From Spirochaetia bacterium (GTDB lineage Bacteria > Spirochaetota > Spirochaetia > SZUA-6 > Bin103), in contig CBDATQ010000002.1 of the NCBI GenBank assembly GCA_965199955.1, positions 1,568,001-1,632,000 on the forward strand: DNA of 64,000 nucleotides, in the 5' to 3' direction. Within the stretch, counting starts at the first letter, position 1. The number at the start of each line of letters is the position of its first letter. Under the pieces are notes generated by a model that searched no databases, had not been told where the DNA came from, and was given only the letters and a program-made list of their open reading frames with translations. Shown here piece after piece: positions 55,877 to 64,000 of this stretch. The position numbers were made by a program, and so were the translations under genes.

Positions 55877-56135
55877 CTAGAATTCCCCTTCGAAGTCGTA
55901 GTCAGCGGCCCACTCCTCATAGGGCGTGACGTGCGCGGGATGCACAGCGCTGTAGCAGTAGTAGCCGCTGCCGCGGTAGCGCTCGGTTTCCGGGCTGACC
56001 AGGATGCGGCGCCAACTGTTGGAGAAGGTCGGCGGCAGTTCGGACGACGAGGTAGCCGTCATGCTCGTAGCGCCGCACCTCGTCGGCGCTCAGCAAGGCC
56101 GCCTGCTCGCTGCGCTCACGGTTCTGGACATCCAT
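55877..56135 (-). pseudogene. PhyH N-terminal stub fused to an unrelated C-terminal scrap
   Basis: MDVQNRERSEQAALLSADEVRRYEHDGYLVVR, then a frame switch to ...TPYEEWAADYDFEGEF*. Confidence 0.55.
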
Positions 56136-56226
56136 CGGTGACGCGCGCAGGGTAGTCCCGGCATGCAGCATCCGCAACGGGCGGCCCTCACTCGAAGAGT
56201 GAGAGCCGCCCAGTGAGGACCGTTCG

Positions 56227-57099
56227 GTGAAGCGCATCGGCGCGCACGTGTCGATCGCCGGCGGCGTGCAGAACGCGGTGGCCAACGCGGTGGAGCTCGG
56301 CGCCACCGCCATCGGCATGTTCACCCGCAACCAGCGCATCTGGAACCAGCGGCCGCTCTCGGAGAAGGACGCCGCCGCCTTCCGCGACTCCCTGCGCGAG
56401 CACGGGTTCGCGCCGCACCACGTGCTGCCGCACGACAGCTACCTGATCAACCTTGGCAGCTCCGATCCGGAGGTGGTCGCCAAGTCGCGCGCCGCGTTCC
56501 TGGAAGAGATGAGCCGCTGCCAGATGCTCGGGCTCCGCTACCTGAACTTCCACCCCGGCGCCCCCAAGCAGGGCGCTGCCCTGTCCGTCGAGCTCTGCAT
56601 CGAGCAGATCGCCGGCTACGTGAACGAGACGCTGGAGCAGACCGAGGGGGTGACGGCCGTGGTCGAGTGCACGGCCGGGCAGGGGACGAACGTCGGCCGC
56701 ACCTTCGCCGAGCTGGCTGCCCTGATCGAGCGGATCGGCGATCCCGGGCGCGCGGGAGTGTGCCTGGACACCTGCCACCTGTTCGCGGCCGGCTACGACC
56801 TGCGCACGCGCGACGGCTACGAGCGGATGCTCGAGGAGTTCGACGCGACCGTCGGCCTGCGACATCTGCGCGGCTGGCACCTCAACGACTCCAAGGGCGA
56901 CCTTGGCAGCCGCGTCGACCGGCACGCCGCGATCGGCGCCGGACTGATCGGCCGCGAGCCGTTCACGTGGATCGTCCAGGACCCGCGCTTCGACGAGATG
57001 CCGCTGATCCTCGAGACGCCGGAGCCGGAGAACTGGGCGAAGGAGATCGCCGAGCTGCGGCGGCTGGCCGCCGCCTGCGATCAGAGCGGTTCGAAGTAG
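56227..57099 (+). CDS. nfo: Endonuclease IV
   Basis: IGAHVSIAGG, PHDSYLINL, NFHPG, TAGQG, CLDTCH, HLNDSK, DRH, ILETP. Confidence 0.96.
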   Translation: MKRIGAHVSIAGGVQNAVANAVELGATAIGMFTRNQRIWNQRPLSEKDAAAFRDSLREHGFAPHHVLPHDSYLINLGSSDPEVVAKSRAAFLEEMSRCQMLGLRYLNFHPGAPKQGAALSVELCIEQIAGYVNETLEQTEGVTAVVECTAGQGTNVGRTFAELAALIERIGDPGRAGVCLDTCHLFAAGYDLRTRDGYERMLEEFDATVGLRHLRGWHLNDSKGDLGSRVDRHAAIGAGLIGREPFTWIVQDPRFDEMPLILETPEPENWAKEIAELRRLAAACDQSGSK

Positions 57100-58640
57100 G
57101 TCAGGTCGGCGCCGTGGTTCTCCATGGCCGCCACCGCGTCGCCGCGCAGCCGCACGCGGATGTCCCGCGTCCGGTGGTGCAGGACGATCTCGCGCTCGGC
57201 GAGCGGAAAGCGGATGTCGATGCTCTGGCCGACCGGCGGTTCCGCGATCAGCAGATAGCTGCCGGACCAGGTGAGTCGGGGCGGCACGGGCTCGACCAGG
57301 ACGTCCGAGGGCTTCACCCACGACGGAATGCGCACGTAGAGGGGGCCGGCGGTCCGGACCGTGACGCGCAGACCGTCGTGCGTATAGGGCGACTCGACCG
57401 CGACGTGGTCGGTCTCCCGGTCGAACAGCAGGTTCACGCGGTGGATGCCGTGCCCGGTCCGCACCGACTCGCGGACCACCTCGCACAGGGAGCCGACCCC
57501 GCCGCCGACGATGTCGGTGTTGAAGCTGACGTCCCGGTGCGGGTCCAGCGGCTCGTGGCCGTACGGGGCCGGAAACCCGAAGCCGCCGAGGTGCCGGTCG
57601 GCGATGCGGTGCAGGTAGTCGACGCCGCCGGGGTTGGGCGGGTCCTCGATGAAGCTGTTGTCGCGGAGCTGCGACGGCAGGATGTGGCACCGAACGATCC
57701 GCTCGGCGTCCTCGAAGTACTCAGGGAACCCGCGCCGGCCCAGGATCAGCGCCGTCTCCACGATGTCGCCGGTGTTGTTGATCTCCCCCCGGTCGGCGAC
57801 GGCGTCGTCCCGGCTGGATTCGATCACCCAGCCGATCTCGTCCCGGATCTCCCACAGGCCGTTGTCGTAGAACGCCCTGACCCGCGCCAGCAGCTTGGCG
57901 TCGTCGAGCAGGTCGGCGAGCTGCGCCAGCGAGGACATCACGCAGGTGGTCGAGTGGGTATGCGCGCCGAACCGCTTGCGGTCGTAGGCGCCCGACTCCA
58001 GGAAGAACTCACGGGTGGTCTTGTCGGCGAGCGTCACGGCCAGCTCCAGCGCCGGGCCGTGTCCGGTCGCCCGGTAGTACTTGACCAGCGGGCCGATAGC
58101 GCGGGCGATGCCGGTGATGAAGGTGTCCTCGCGAACCGTCAGCCCGCAGCGCTGCAAGCGGTCGAGGTCCCAGCCCGTGTCGGGCCGGAACAGCTCGAAC
58201 AGCTCGCCGATGCTGCGCTCGGCGAGCTCGCGGGCGCGCTCGGAGCCGCGGTACTTCACCAGCGGGTACAGGGCGTGGAAACCCTCGCGCACGTTGTGGG
58301 TGGTGAAGAGCTCGAGCGGGCCACCGATCCGGGACCGGTTCAGCGGAAGGGCCAGCGGCCCGCCGTAGGAGAAGAACGCGGCGTTGGAGTGCTTGTCGAT
58401 CGCTTCGGCGGGCACGGCGATGCCGGCCGCGTCCTCGGCGTTGAGCAGGGCGTTGAGATGGCGTCCGGGTACGTGCGACTCTGTATGGGCGCCCGAGAAA
58501 CCAAACTGCGGGTTGGGCCTGACCTCCGAGCCGAAGAACGGGATGTCGCCGTCGTCGGCGTTGAAGACGTTGCACATCATCCGGCAGCCCAGCCGGATCG
58601 CGTCGGTCAGGTCGGTGGCATTGACGTCGTTCAGTCGCAT
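57081..58640 (-). CDS. Hypothetical protein, possible (alpha/alpha)6 glycoside hydrolase-like (GH127-like architecture)
   Basis: GGAGGG RBS at ATG 58640; HVPGRHLNALL, GEINNTGDI, C-terminal beta domain VNLLFD...LYVRIPSW. Confidence 0.55.
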   Translation of the reverse strand: MRLNDVNATDLTDAIRLGCRMMCNVFNADDGDIPFFGSEVRPNPQFGFSGAHTESHVPGRHLNALLNAEDAAGIAVPAEAIDKHSNAAFFSYGGPLALPLNRSRIGGPLELFTTHNVREGFHALYPLVKYRGSERARELAERSIGELFELFRPDTGWDLDRLQRCGLTVREDTFITGIARAIGPLVKYYRATGHGPALELAVTLADKTTREFFLESGAYDRKRFGAHTHSTTCVMSSLAQLADLLDDAKLLARVRAFYDNGLWEIRDEIGWVIESSRDDAVADRGEINNTGDIVETALILGRRGFPEYFEDAERIVRCHILPSQLRDNSFIEDPPNPGGVDYLHRIADRHLGGFGFPAPYGHEPLDPHRDVSFNTDIVGGGVGSLCEVVRESVRTGHGIHRVNLLFDRETDHVAVESPYTHDGLRVTVRTAGPLYVRIPSWVKPSDVLVEPVPPRLTWSGSYLLIAEPPVGQSIDIRFPLAEREIVLHHRTRDIRVRLRGDAVAAMENHGADLTYFEPL

Positions 58641-58651
58641 GGTCCCTCCTT

Positions 58652-59923
58652 TCAGCCGCCCGTTCGCGGTACCGGCGGCGCCGCGTCGAAGCGCAGCGCG
58701 TCCTGGATCGCGCGGGCCGCCGCCAGCACCGCGGCGTCCGCTCCCGCCGGCGCCGCGCACTGCAGGCCGAGCGGCAACCCTCCCGGGCCGAGCCGGGCCG
58801 GCAGCGACACCACCGGCGCGCGCACGTGGGTGAACGGCAGGTTGGCACGCGGATCGCCGGTGATGGTCAGGTCGCGCGGCGCCGCGCCCGGCGCCGCCGG
58901 CGCCAGCACCACGTCGATGTCTTCGAACAGCGCCGCGAATCGCTCCTGCGCGTCCGCGCGCGCCGCGCAGGCGTCCGCGTAGCGCGCGGGGGAGTCGCCG
59001 GCCGCGGCCGACTCCAGCACCGCCTTCATCTTCGGCGGGTACGCGTCCCGGTGGCGGGCCCAGAGCGCGGCGTGCGCGCGGGCGGCCTCCACCTCGAAGA
59101 TCACGCGGTTGTTGTCGTAGACCGCCGCCAGGTCCGCCGGCAGCGAAAGCTCCCGAGTGGGGATCCCGCACGCGCGCAGCCGTTCGGCCGCCCAACGGAG
59201 CGTGGCGGCCATCTCCGGGTCGAACGGTCCGCTCAGGAGATCCTGGACAATCCCGACCACGGGAGCCTGCGCCGCGTCCGGCGCGGACGCGCCGGACGCG
59301 GCGCAGGCTTGCCAGAGCGTCGTCATGTCTTCCACGGTTCGCGTGAAGAAGCCGACCGTGTCGAAGGTGGGGACCAGCGCGAAGCAGCCGCCCGTCGATA
59401 TCGCCCCGTAGGACGGCTTGAAGCCGACCACCCCGCAGAACGAGGCGGGCCGGCACACCGATCCCACCGTCTGCGTGCCGATCGCGGCCCGCACCATGCC
59501 GGTGGCGACGGCGGCCGCGGAGCCCATCGACGATCCTCCCGGCGTGTGCTCGGGATTCCACGGGTTGCGCGTCGGGCCGGGGTCCAGGTAGGCGAAGCAG
59601 GTCGTGACCGTCTTGGCCAGCGCGTATGCGCCCTGCTCCTGGAGCCGCTCGACGATGCGGGCCGATGCCTGCCTCGGCTCCGGTGACAGGAAGTCGACGC
59701 CGCACGCGGTCGGCGCCCCGGACAGGTCCAGGATGTCCTTGACGCCGATCGCCCAGCCGGACAGCGCGCCCGCGCCCGCGGCCTCCGCCCGCCGGCGTGC
59801 CGCTTCGGCGTCCCAGCCCACCAGCGCCCGCACCACGGGCTCCCACCGTTCGATCGCGCTCAGGTGTTCGGCGAACCGCTGGTCGGCGGACACCTGGCCG
59901 GCGCGATGCGTGGCTCCGCTCAC
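58652..59923 (-). CDS. Amidase signature family protein
   Basis: GVKDI, KTVTT, TRNPWN..HTPGGSSMGS, GTQTVGSVCRPASFCG; GTGA overlap with the fni stop. Confidence 0.9.
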   Translation of the reverse strand: MSGATHRAGQVSADQRFAEHLSAIERWEPVVRALVGWDAEAARRRAEAAGAGALSGWAIGVKDILDLSGAPTACGVDFLSPEPRQASARIVERLQEQGAYALAKTVTTCFAYLDPGPTRNPWNPEHTPGGSSMGSAAAVATGMVRAAIGTQTVGSVCRPASFCGVVGFKPSYGAISTGGCFALVPTFDTVGFFTRTVEDMTTLWQACAASGASAPDAAQAPVVGIVQDLLSGPFDPEMAATLRWAAERLRACGIPTRELSLPADLAAVYDNNRVIFEVEAARAHAALWARHRDAYPPKMKAVLESAAAGDSPARYADACAARADAQERFAALFEDIDVVLAPAAPGAAPRDLTITGDPRANLPFTHVRAPVVSLPARLGPGGLPLGLQCAAPAGADAAVLAAARAIQDALRFDAAPPVPRTGG

Positions 59924-61008
59924 GCGATCCCCCGGGCGGAGAGCGGCGAGCCGATCGCCGTGAGCGCCGGGTCGATGCTTACGCGGGCGCGGCGCAGTTC
60001 CTCCAGCGTCCGCGATCCCGTCAGCAGCATGACCGCGCGCAGCACGCGCCCGAGCAGCCGGATGCGCTGCGCGACCCGTTCCGCGCCGCCTTCGAACACG
60101 TCCTTGATGAACGGCAGGGCCAGCGCGCCGATCTCGGCCCCCAGGGCGACCGCCTTGGCCAGGTCCTGGCCGCGGCGCAGGCCGCCGGAGGCGATGATCG
60201 AGCCGGACAGCCGCGGCTCGTCGCGCATGGCGGCAAGCACCGCGGCGGTGGGATTGCCCCAGTCGGCGAGCTCGCGCGCCGCTTCCGCGTCGTCGCCCTG
60301 CAGGCGGTACGCTTCCACCAGCACCCAGTTGGTGCCGCCGGCACCGGCCACGTCGACATACTCCACGCCGGCGTCCAGCAGCCTGAGCGCCGTGGAGACG
60401 GCGATGCCGAAGCCGGTTTCCTTGACGATCACCGGCAGCCGGCAATGCTCGGTGAACTCCGCGATCGCGGCCTCCAGGCCGCGGAAGCTGCGGTCGCCGT
60501 CTTGCTGGAACAACTCCTGGCCGGGGTTCAGATGCAGCGCGATCGCCTGCACACGCAGGTGCTCCAGGGCATCCGTGATCCGGCCGTGGTCGATCTCGCG
60601 GAGTTGCGCGGCGGCCAGGTTGGCGATCACCGGCACGTCCGGCGCCTCGGCCTTGACCGCGAAGTGGTCGAGCACGCCGGGGTTCTCGATCCCCACCCGC
60701 ATCGAGCCCAGGCCGACGGCCACGCCGCACTCCTGCGCCGCGATCGCGAGGTCACGGTTCGCGTCGCGACCCTGGTGCGTGCCGCCGGTCATGCAGGAGA
60801 TCATCAGCGGCAGCGCGAGCTCGGCCCCCAGGAAGCCGGTCGTGGTGTCGATCTCGTCCAGGTCCAGTTCCGGCAGCGCTTCGTGCTCGAAACGGACCAG
60901 CTCGAAGCCGGTCCCCGCGCTGCTGGAGATGTCCTCCTCGGGGCCGTCGACGCACGCGTCGAGATGGCTCTTCTTGCGAGACTGAATGGGGGACAGGGGA
61001 AAGGACAC
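59920..61008 (-). CDS. fni: Type 2 isopentenyl-diphosphate Delta-isomerase
   Basis: RKKSHL, HEALPE, SCMTGG, GLGSMR, HLNPGQE, VKETGFG, GAGGT, IASGG. Confidence 0.93.
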   Translation of the reverse strand: MSFPLSPIQSRKKSHLDACVDGPEEDISSSAGTGFELVRFEHEALPELDLDEIDTTTGFLGAELALPLMISCMTGGTHQGRDANRDLAIAAQECGVAVGLGSMRVGIENPGVLDHFAVKAEAPDVPVIANLAAAQLREIDHGRITDALEHLRVQAIALHLNPGQELFQQDGDRSFRGLEAAIAEFTEHCRLPVIVKETGFGIAVSTALRLLDAGVEYVDVAGAGGTNWVLVEAYRLQGDDAEAARELADWGNPTAAVLAAMRDEPRLSGSIIASGGLRRGQDLAKAVALGAEIGALALPFIKDVFEGGAERVAQRIRLLGRVLRAVMLLTGSRTLEELRRARVSIDPALTAIGSPLSARGIA

Positions 61009-61040
61009 CGTGAACCTGCCGATAGTATGGCACGCGTCAG

Positions 61041-61670
61041 ATGTCGCCGCGAATGATCGTGCTTGCCTCCGGTTCGGAGGGCCGCCGCGAACTGTTGCGC
61101 CGGGAGGGGCTGCCGTTCGTCGCGGTTCCGAGCGGTGTGGAAGAACCGCCGCCTTCGCCCGCCGAGTCGGCCCGGCCGGATGTCTACACCCGCCGGCTCG
61201 CGCGCGACAAGGCGATGGCGGTGGGCGCCCGTCTGGGAGCCATCCCTTCCATGGCGGAGTCGGTCCGGGCCGGGGCGCCCCGGCCGCTCGTGCTTGGCTG
61301 CGACACCTGCATCCACGTGGACGGCGCAATCCTGGGCAAGCCGCGGGATGTCCGCCAGGCCGCCGGGTTTCTGCGAACGCTGGCGGGCCGCGAGCATCGC
61401 GTGGTCAGCGGCCTGTGCGTGATCGACGCCCATACCGGCTCCGTCCACGAGACCAGCGTCGAGAGCACGGTGCGCGTGCGAAGGGTGAGCAGCAATGTGC
61501 TCCGGGACTACCTGCGGAGCGGCGAATGGGCCGGCGCAGCCGGCGGATACCGTGTGCAGGGGAAGGGGGCGCGGCTGATCGAGCGCATCCACGGCTCGCA
61601 CAGCAACGTGGTCGGCTTGCCACTGGAGGCCCTGTATGGCATCTTGCAGCAAACCGATACCCTGGAATAA
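61041..61670 (+). CDS. maf: Maf family nucleotide pyrophosphatase
   Basis: IVLASGS..RRELL, GCDT, ILGKP, AGGYRVQG, GSHSNVVGLP. Confidence 0.9.
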   Translation: MSPRMIVLASGSEGRRELLRREGLPFVAVPSGVEEPPPSPAESARPDVYTRRLARDKAMAVGARLGAIPSMAESVRAGAPRPLVLGCDTCIHVDGAILGKPRDVRQAAGFLRTLAGREHRVVSGLCVIDAHTGSVHETSVESTVRVRRVSSNVLRDYLRSGEWAGAAGGYRVQGKGARLIERIHGSHSNVVGLPLEALYGILQQTDTLE

Positions 61671-61706
61671 CCACAACCAGCCAGGGAACCAACCAAGGGG
61701 GAGAGC

Positions 61707-62693
61707 GTGGCGGTAGTCACGATGAAGAACCTCCTGGAGTCCGGCGTGCACTTCGGCCATCAGACCAAGCGCTGGGACCCCAGGATGCGCAGATACATTT
61801 TTGCCGAGCGCAACGGCATCCATATCATCGACCTGCAGAAGACGATCGCGGCCATCAAGAGTTCGTACGACGTGGTTCGCCAGGTCGTGCTGGAAGGAAA
61901 GTCCGTGCTGTTCGTGGGCACCAAGAAGCAGGCCCAGCAGTCGATCGAGCGCGAAGCGAAGCGGTGCCAGATGTTCTACGTGAACAATCGTTGGCTCGGC
62001 GGCATGCTGACCAACTTCTCGACCATCAAGCGGTCGCTGCTGAAGCTCAAGAAGATCGAGAAGATGGAAGTGGACGGCACGTTCCGCAATCTCACCAAGA
62101 AGGAGATCTCGCTGATGCTCAAGGAGCGGGCGCGCCTGGAGCGCAACCTCGGCGGCATCAAGGAGATGAAGGAGCTTCCCGGCGTCGTGTTCATCATCGA
62201 CACGCGCAACGAGTCCATCGCGGTGGACGAGGCGCGTGCCGTCGGCGTGCCGATCGTCGCGGTGGTGGATACCAACAGCAATCCGGAAGGCATCGACTAT
62301 CCCATTCCCGGCAATGATGACGCGATCCGCGCCATCAACCTCTTCACGCAGATCATCGCCAATGCCGTGGTCGAGGCGGAGAACGAGGTGGGTCTGGAGG
62401 TGATCGAGAACCTGCAGGATGACGAGATGTCCGAGGAGTATGCGGGTTATCCCGAGCATGCCGCCGACGGCCGGGACGACGGGGAAAAAGAAGAAGAACA
62501 GGACGAGGTGGAGACGGTCGCGCTCGGCGAAACGCTGCAGGCCGACGATCCGGACGCCCCGGAGCGGTTCACCGATCAGGACTACTCCGACTTCGACCCC
62601 TCCAAGTACGAGCGTGACGAGACGGCTGCCGAGCAGCCAACTGTGGAAGAGACCGCCGGAATCGACGAAGACCGGCTCTACGAAGACCTGTGA
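61707..62693 (+). CDS. rpsB: 30S ribosomal protein S2 with long acidic C-terminal tail
   Basis: [44 protein letters not shown]. Confidence 0.98.
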   Translation: MAVVTMKNLLESGVHFGHQTKRWDPRMRRYIFAERNGIHIIDLQKTIAAIKSSYDVVRQVVLEGKSVLFVGTKKQAQQSIEREAKRCQMFYVNNRWLGGMLTNFSTIKRSLLKLKKIEKMEVDGTFRNLTKKEISLMLKERARLERNLGGIKEMKELPGVVFIIDTRNESIAVDEARAVGVPIVAVVDTNSNPEGIDYPIPGNDDAIRAINLFTQIIANAVVEAENEVGLEVIENLQDDEMSEEYAGYPEHAADGRDDGEKEEEQDEVETVALGETLQADDPDAPERFTDQDYSDFDPSKYERDETAAEQPTVEETAGIDEDRLYEDL

Positions 62694-63547
62694 GCCCTGC
62701 CGGACCTTCGGTCGTCACGGCAGCCGCGGTCAAGGAGCTCCGCGCCATGACCGGCGCCGGCATGATGGACTGCAAGACGGCGCTGGTCGAGGCGGACGGC
62801 GACCTGCAGGCGGCCGAGCGCAGGCTCAAGGAGCAGGGCCTTGCCGCGGCGGCCAAGCGCGTCGGCCGCGCGGCCGACGAGGGGCGGGTATTCGCAGCCG
62901 TTCGGAACGGCGGCGGCGCCCTGCTCGAGCTGTCGAGCGAGACCGACTTCGTCGCCCGCAACGATCAATTCGTGGAGTTGGGGCGGTCGCTGGTCGTGCA
63001 TGCCCTGGAGCAGGCCCTGCAGGAACCGGATGAGCACATGCAGGATGCGATCGGCGACCTTGCTTCCCGCATCCGCGAGAACATTGGCTTCAAGCGGTGC
63101 GCGGTGGTAGCGGTCGACGCCGCAGCGGGCGAGCATGTCGCGGACTACGTGCACGGCGAGGGTTCGATCGGCGTGCTGGTCAAGCTTCGCACCGGCGGAA
63201 CGGTCGACGAAGAGGTGCGACAGACCGCGCACGATCTGGCGCTGCACGTGGCTGCGTTCGCGCCGCGCTTCCTGTCACCGGATGACGTGGATGCCTCCTA
63301 CCGTGACGAGCAGGAGCAGATCTTCCGCACGCAGGCAGAGGCGCTCGGCAAGCCGGAGAAGGTCACGGAGGGGATCGTCCGCGGCAAGCTGGGCAAGCAC
63401 CTGTCGGAGATCTGCCTGCTGGAGCAGGGATTCGTGAAGGACGAGAAGCAGAATGTGAAGCAGGTCCTTGCCGGCCTCGGCAAGCGCCTCGGAGAGAAGG
63501 TGAGCGTCGCCGAGTTCCGCTACTTCAAGGTAGGCGAGCAGGATTGA
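62690..63547 (+). CDS. tsf: Translation elongation factor Ts
   Basis: [41 protein letters not shown]. Confidence 0.97.
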   Translation: MSPAGPSVVTAAAVKELRAMTGAGMMDCKTALVEADGDLQAAERRLKEQGLAAAAKRVGRAADEGRVFAAVRNGGGALLELSSETDFVARNDQFVELGRSLVVHALEQALQEPDEHMQDAIGDLASRIRENIGFKRCAVVAVDAAAGEHVADYVHGEGSIGVLVKLRTGGTVDEEVRQTAHDLALHVAAFAPRFLSPDDVDASYRDEQEQIFRTQAEALGKPEKVTEGIVRGKLGKHLSEICLLEQGFVKDEKQNVKQVLAGLGKRLGEKVSVAEFRYFKVGEQD

Positions 63548-63589
63548 TGGGCGGACAGGCAGCTACGACCGGATTTGGGGAGAATACAC

Positions 63590-64000
63590 ATGGCTGACGC
63601 GACCGCGGATGCGAGGAAGCGCATGACCCGGGCGATTCAGGCGCTGGAGTCGGAGTTCCGCACCATCCGGACCGGCCGGGCCTCCGCATCGCTGTTCGAC
63701 CGCATCACGGTGCGGTACTACGACCAGGACATGCCCCTGAATCAGGTCGCCTCGATCACCGTGCCGGAAGCGCGTCTGGTCGTGATCCAGCCCTGGGACC
63801 TCTCTCTCTTGGGGGAAGTCGAGCGCGCGATCCAGAAGTCCGACCTGTCGTTCAACCCCAGCAATGACGGAAAGGTGATCCGCATAGCCATTCCTCAGCT
63901 CACCGCCGAACGCCGGCAGGAGATCGCCAAGTTGGCCCGGGCGGCAGGGGAGCGCGCTCGCGTCGGCATTCGCAACGTGCGGCGCGACGCCAACGAGGCG
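63590..64000 (+). CDS. frr: Ribosome recycling factor (partial, runs off window edge)
   Basis: Manual translation MADATADARKRMTRAIQALESEFRTIRTGRAS...IQPWD...NPSNDGKVIR...RNVRRDAN. Confidence 0.95.
   Translation, partial: MADATADARKRMTRAIQALESEFRTIRTGRASASLFDRITVRYYDQDMPLNQVASITVPEARLVVIQPWDLSLLGEVERAIQKSDLSFNPSNDGKVIRIAIPQLTAERRQEIAKLARAAGERARVGIRNVRRDANEA

Overview
GC-rich bacterial window. The maf-rpsB-tsf-frr order without pyrH and the long acidic S2 tail point to a spirochaete. The gene content (many PhyH/TauD dioxygenases, sulfatases, ankyrin and Sel1 proteins, toxin-antitoxin and restriction remnants) resembles marine-sponge symbiont genomes; both assignments are inference. Core genes: gltB-gltD, thrS, tRNA-Arg(CCG), nfo, fni, maf, rpsB, tsf, frr (partial). 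Accessory metabolism: at least 7 PhyH-family genes, a SyrP/TauD-like dioxygenase, an M81 peptidase, two amidases, an S9 peptidase, uricase plus HIU hydrolase, a carbohydrate ABC transporter with a two-component system, a sulfatase, an amidohydrolase, a fatty-acid desaturase and a long BpsA-like protein. A disturbed tract at about 21.2-32.7 kb holds back-to-back IS1634 and IS630 elements bounded by CTAG, an ISL3 remnant, patatin/HsdM/GH78/GH32 scraps, and an intact, translationally coupled ABC-type ATPase plus MAD4/DUF4276-like pair. That pair is bracketed by two paralogous ~45-80 aa helical ORFs (20/41 identical residues by hand alignment) and is the best candidate here for an undescribed defence-type module. 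Many intergenic gaps across the window are fused scraps of deleted genes, and all three toxin-antitoxin loci are broken. No CRISPR array or rRNA seen. All family calls are by motif recognition; no searches were run.
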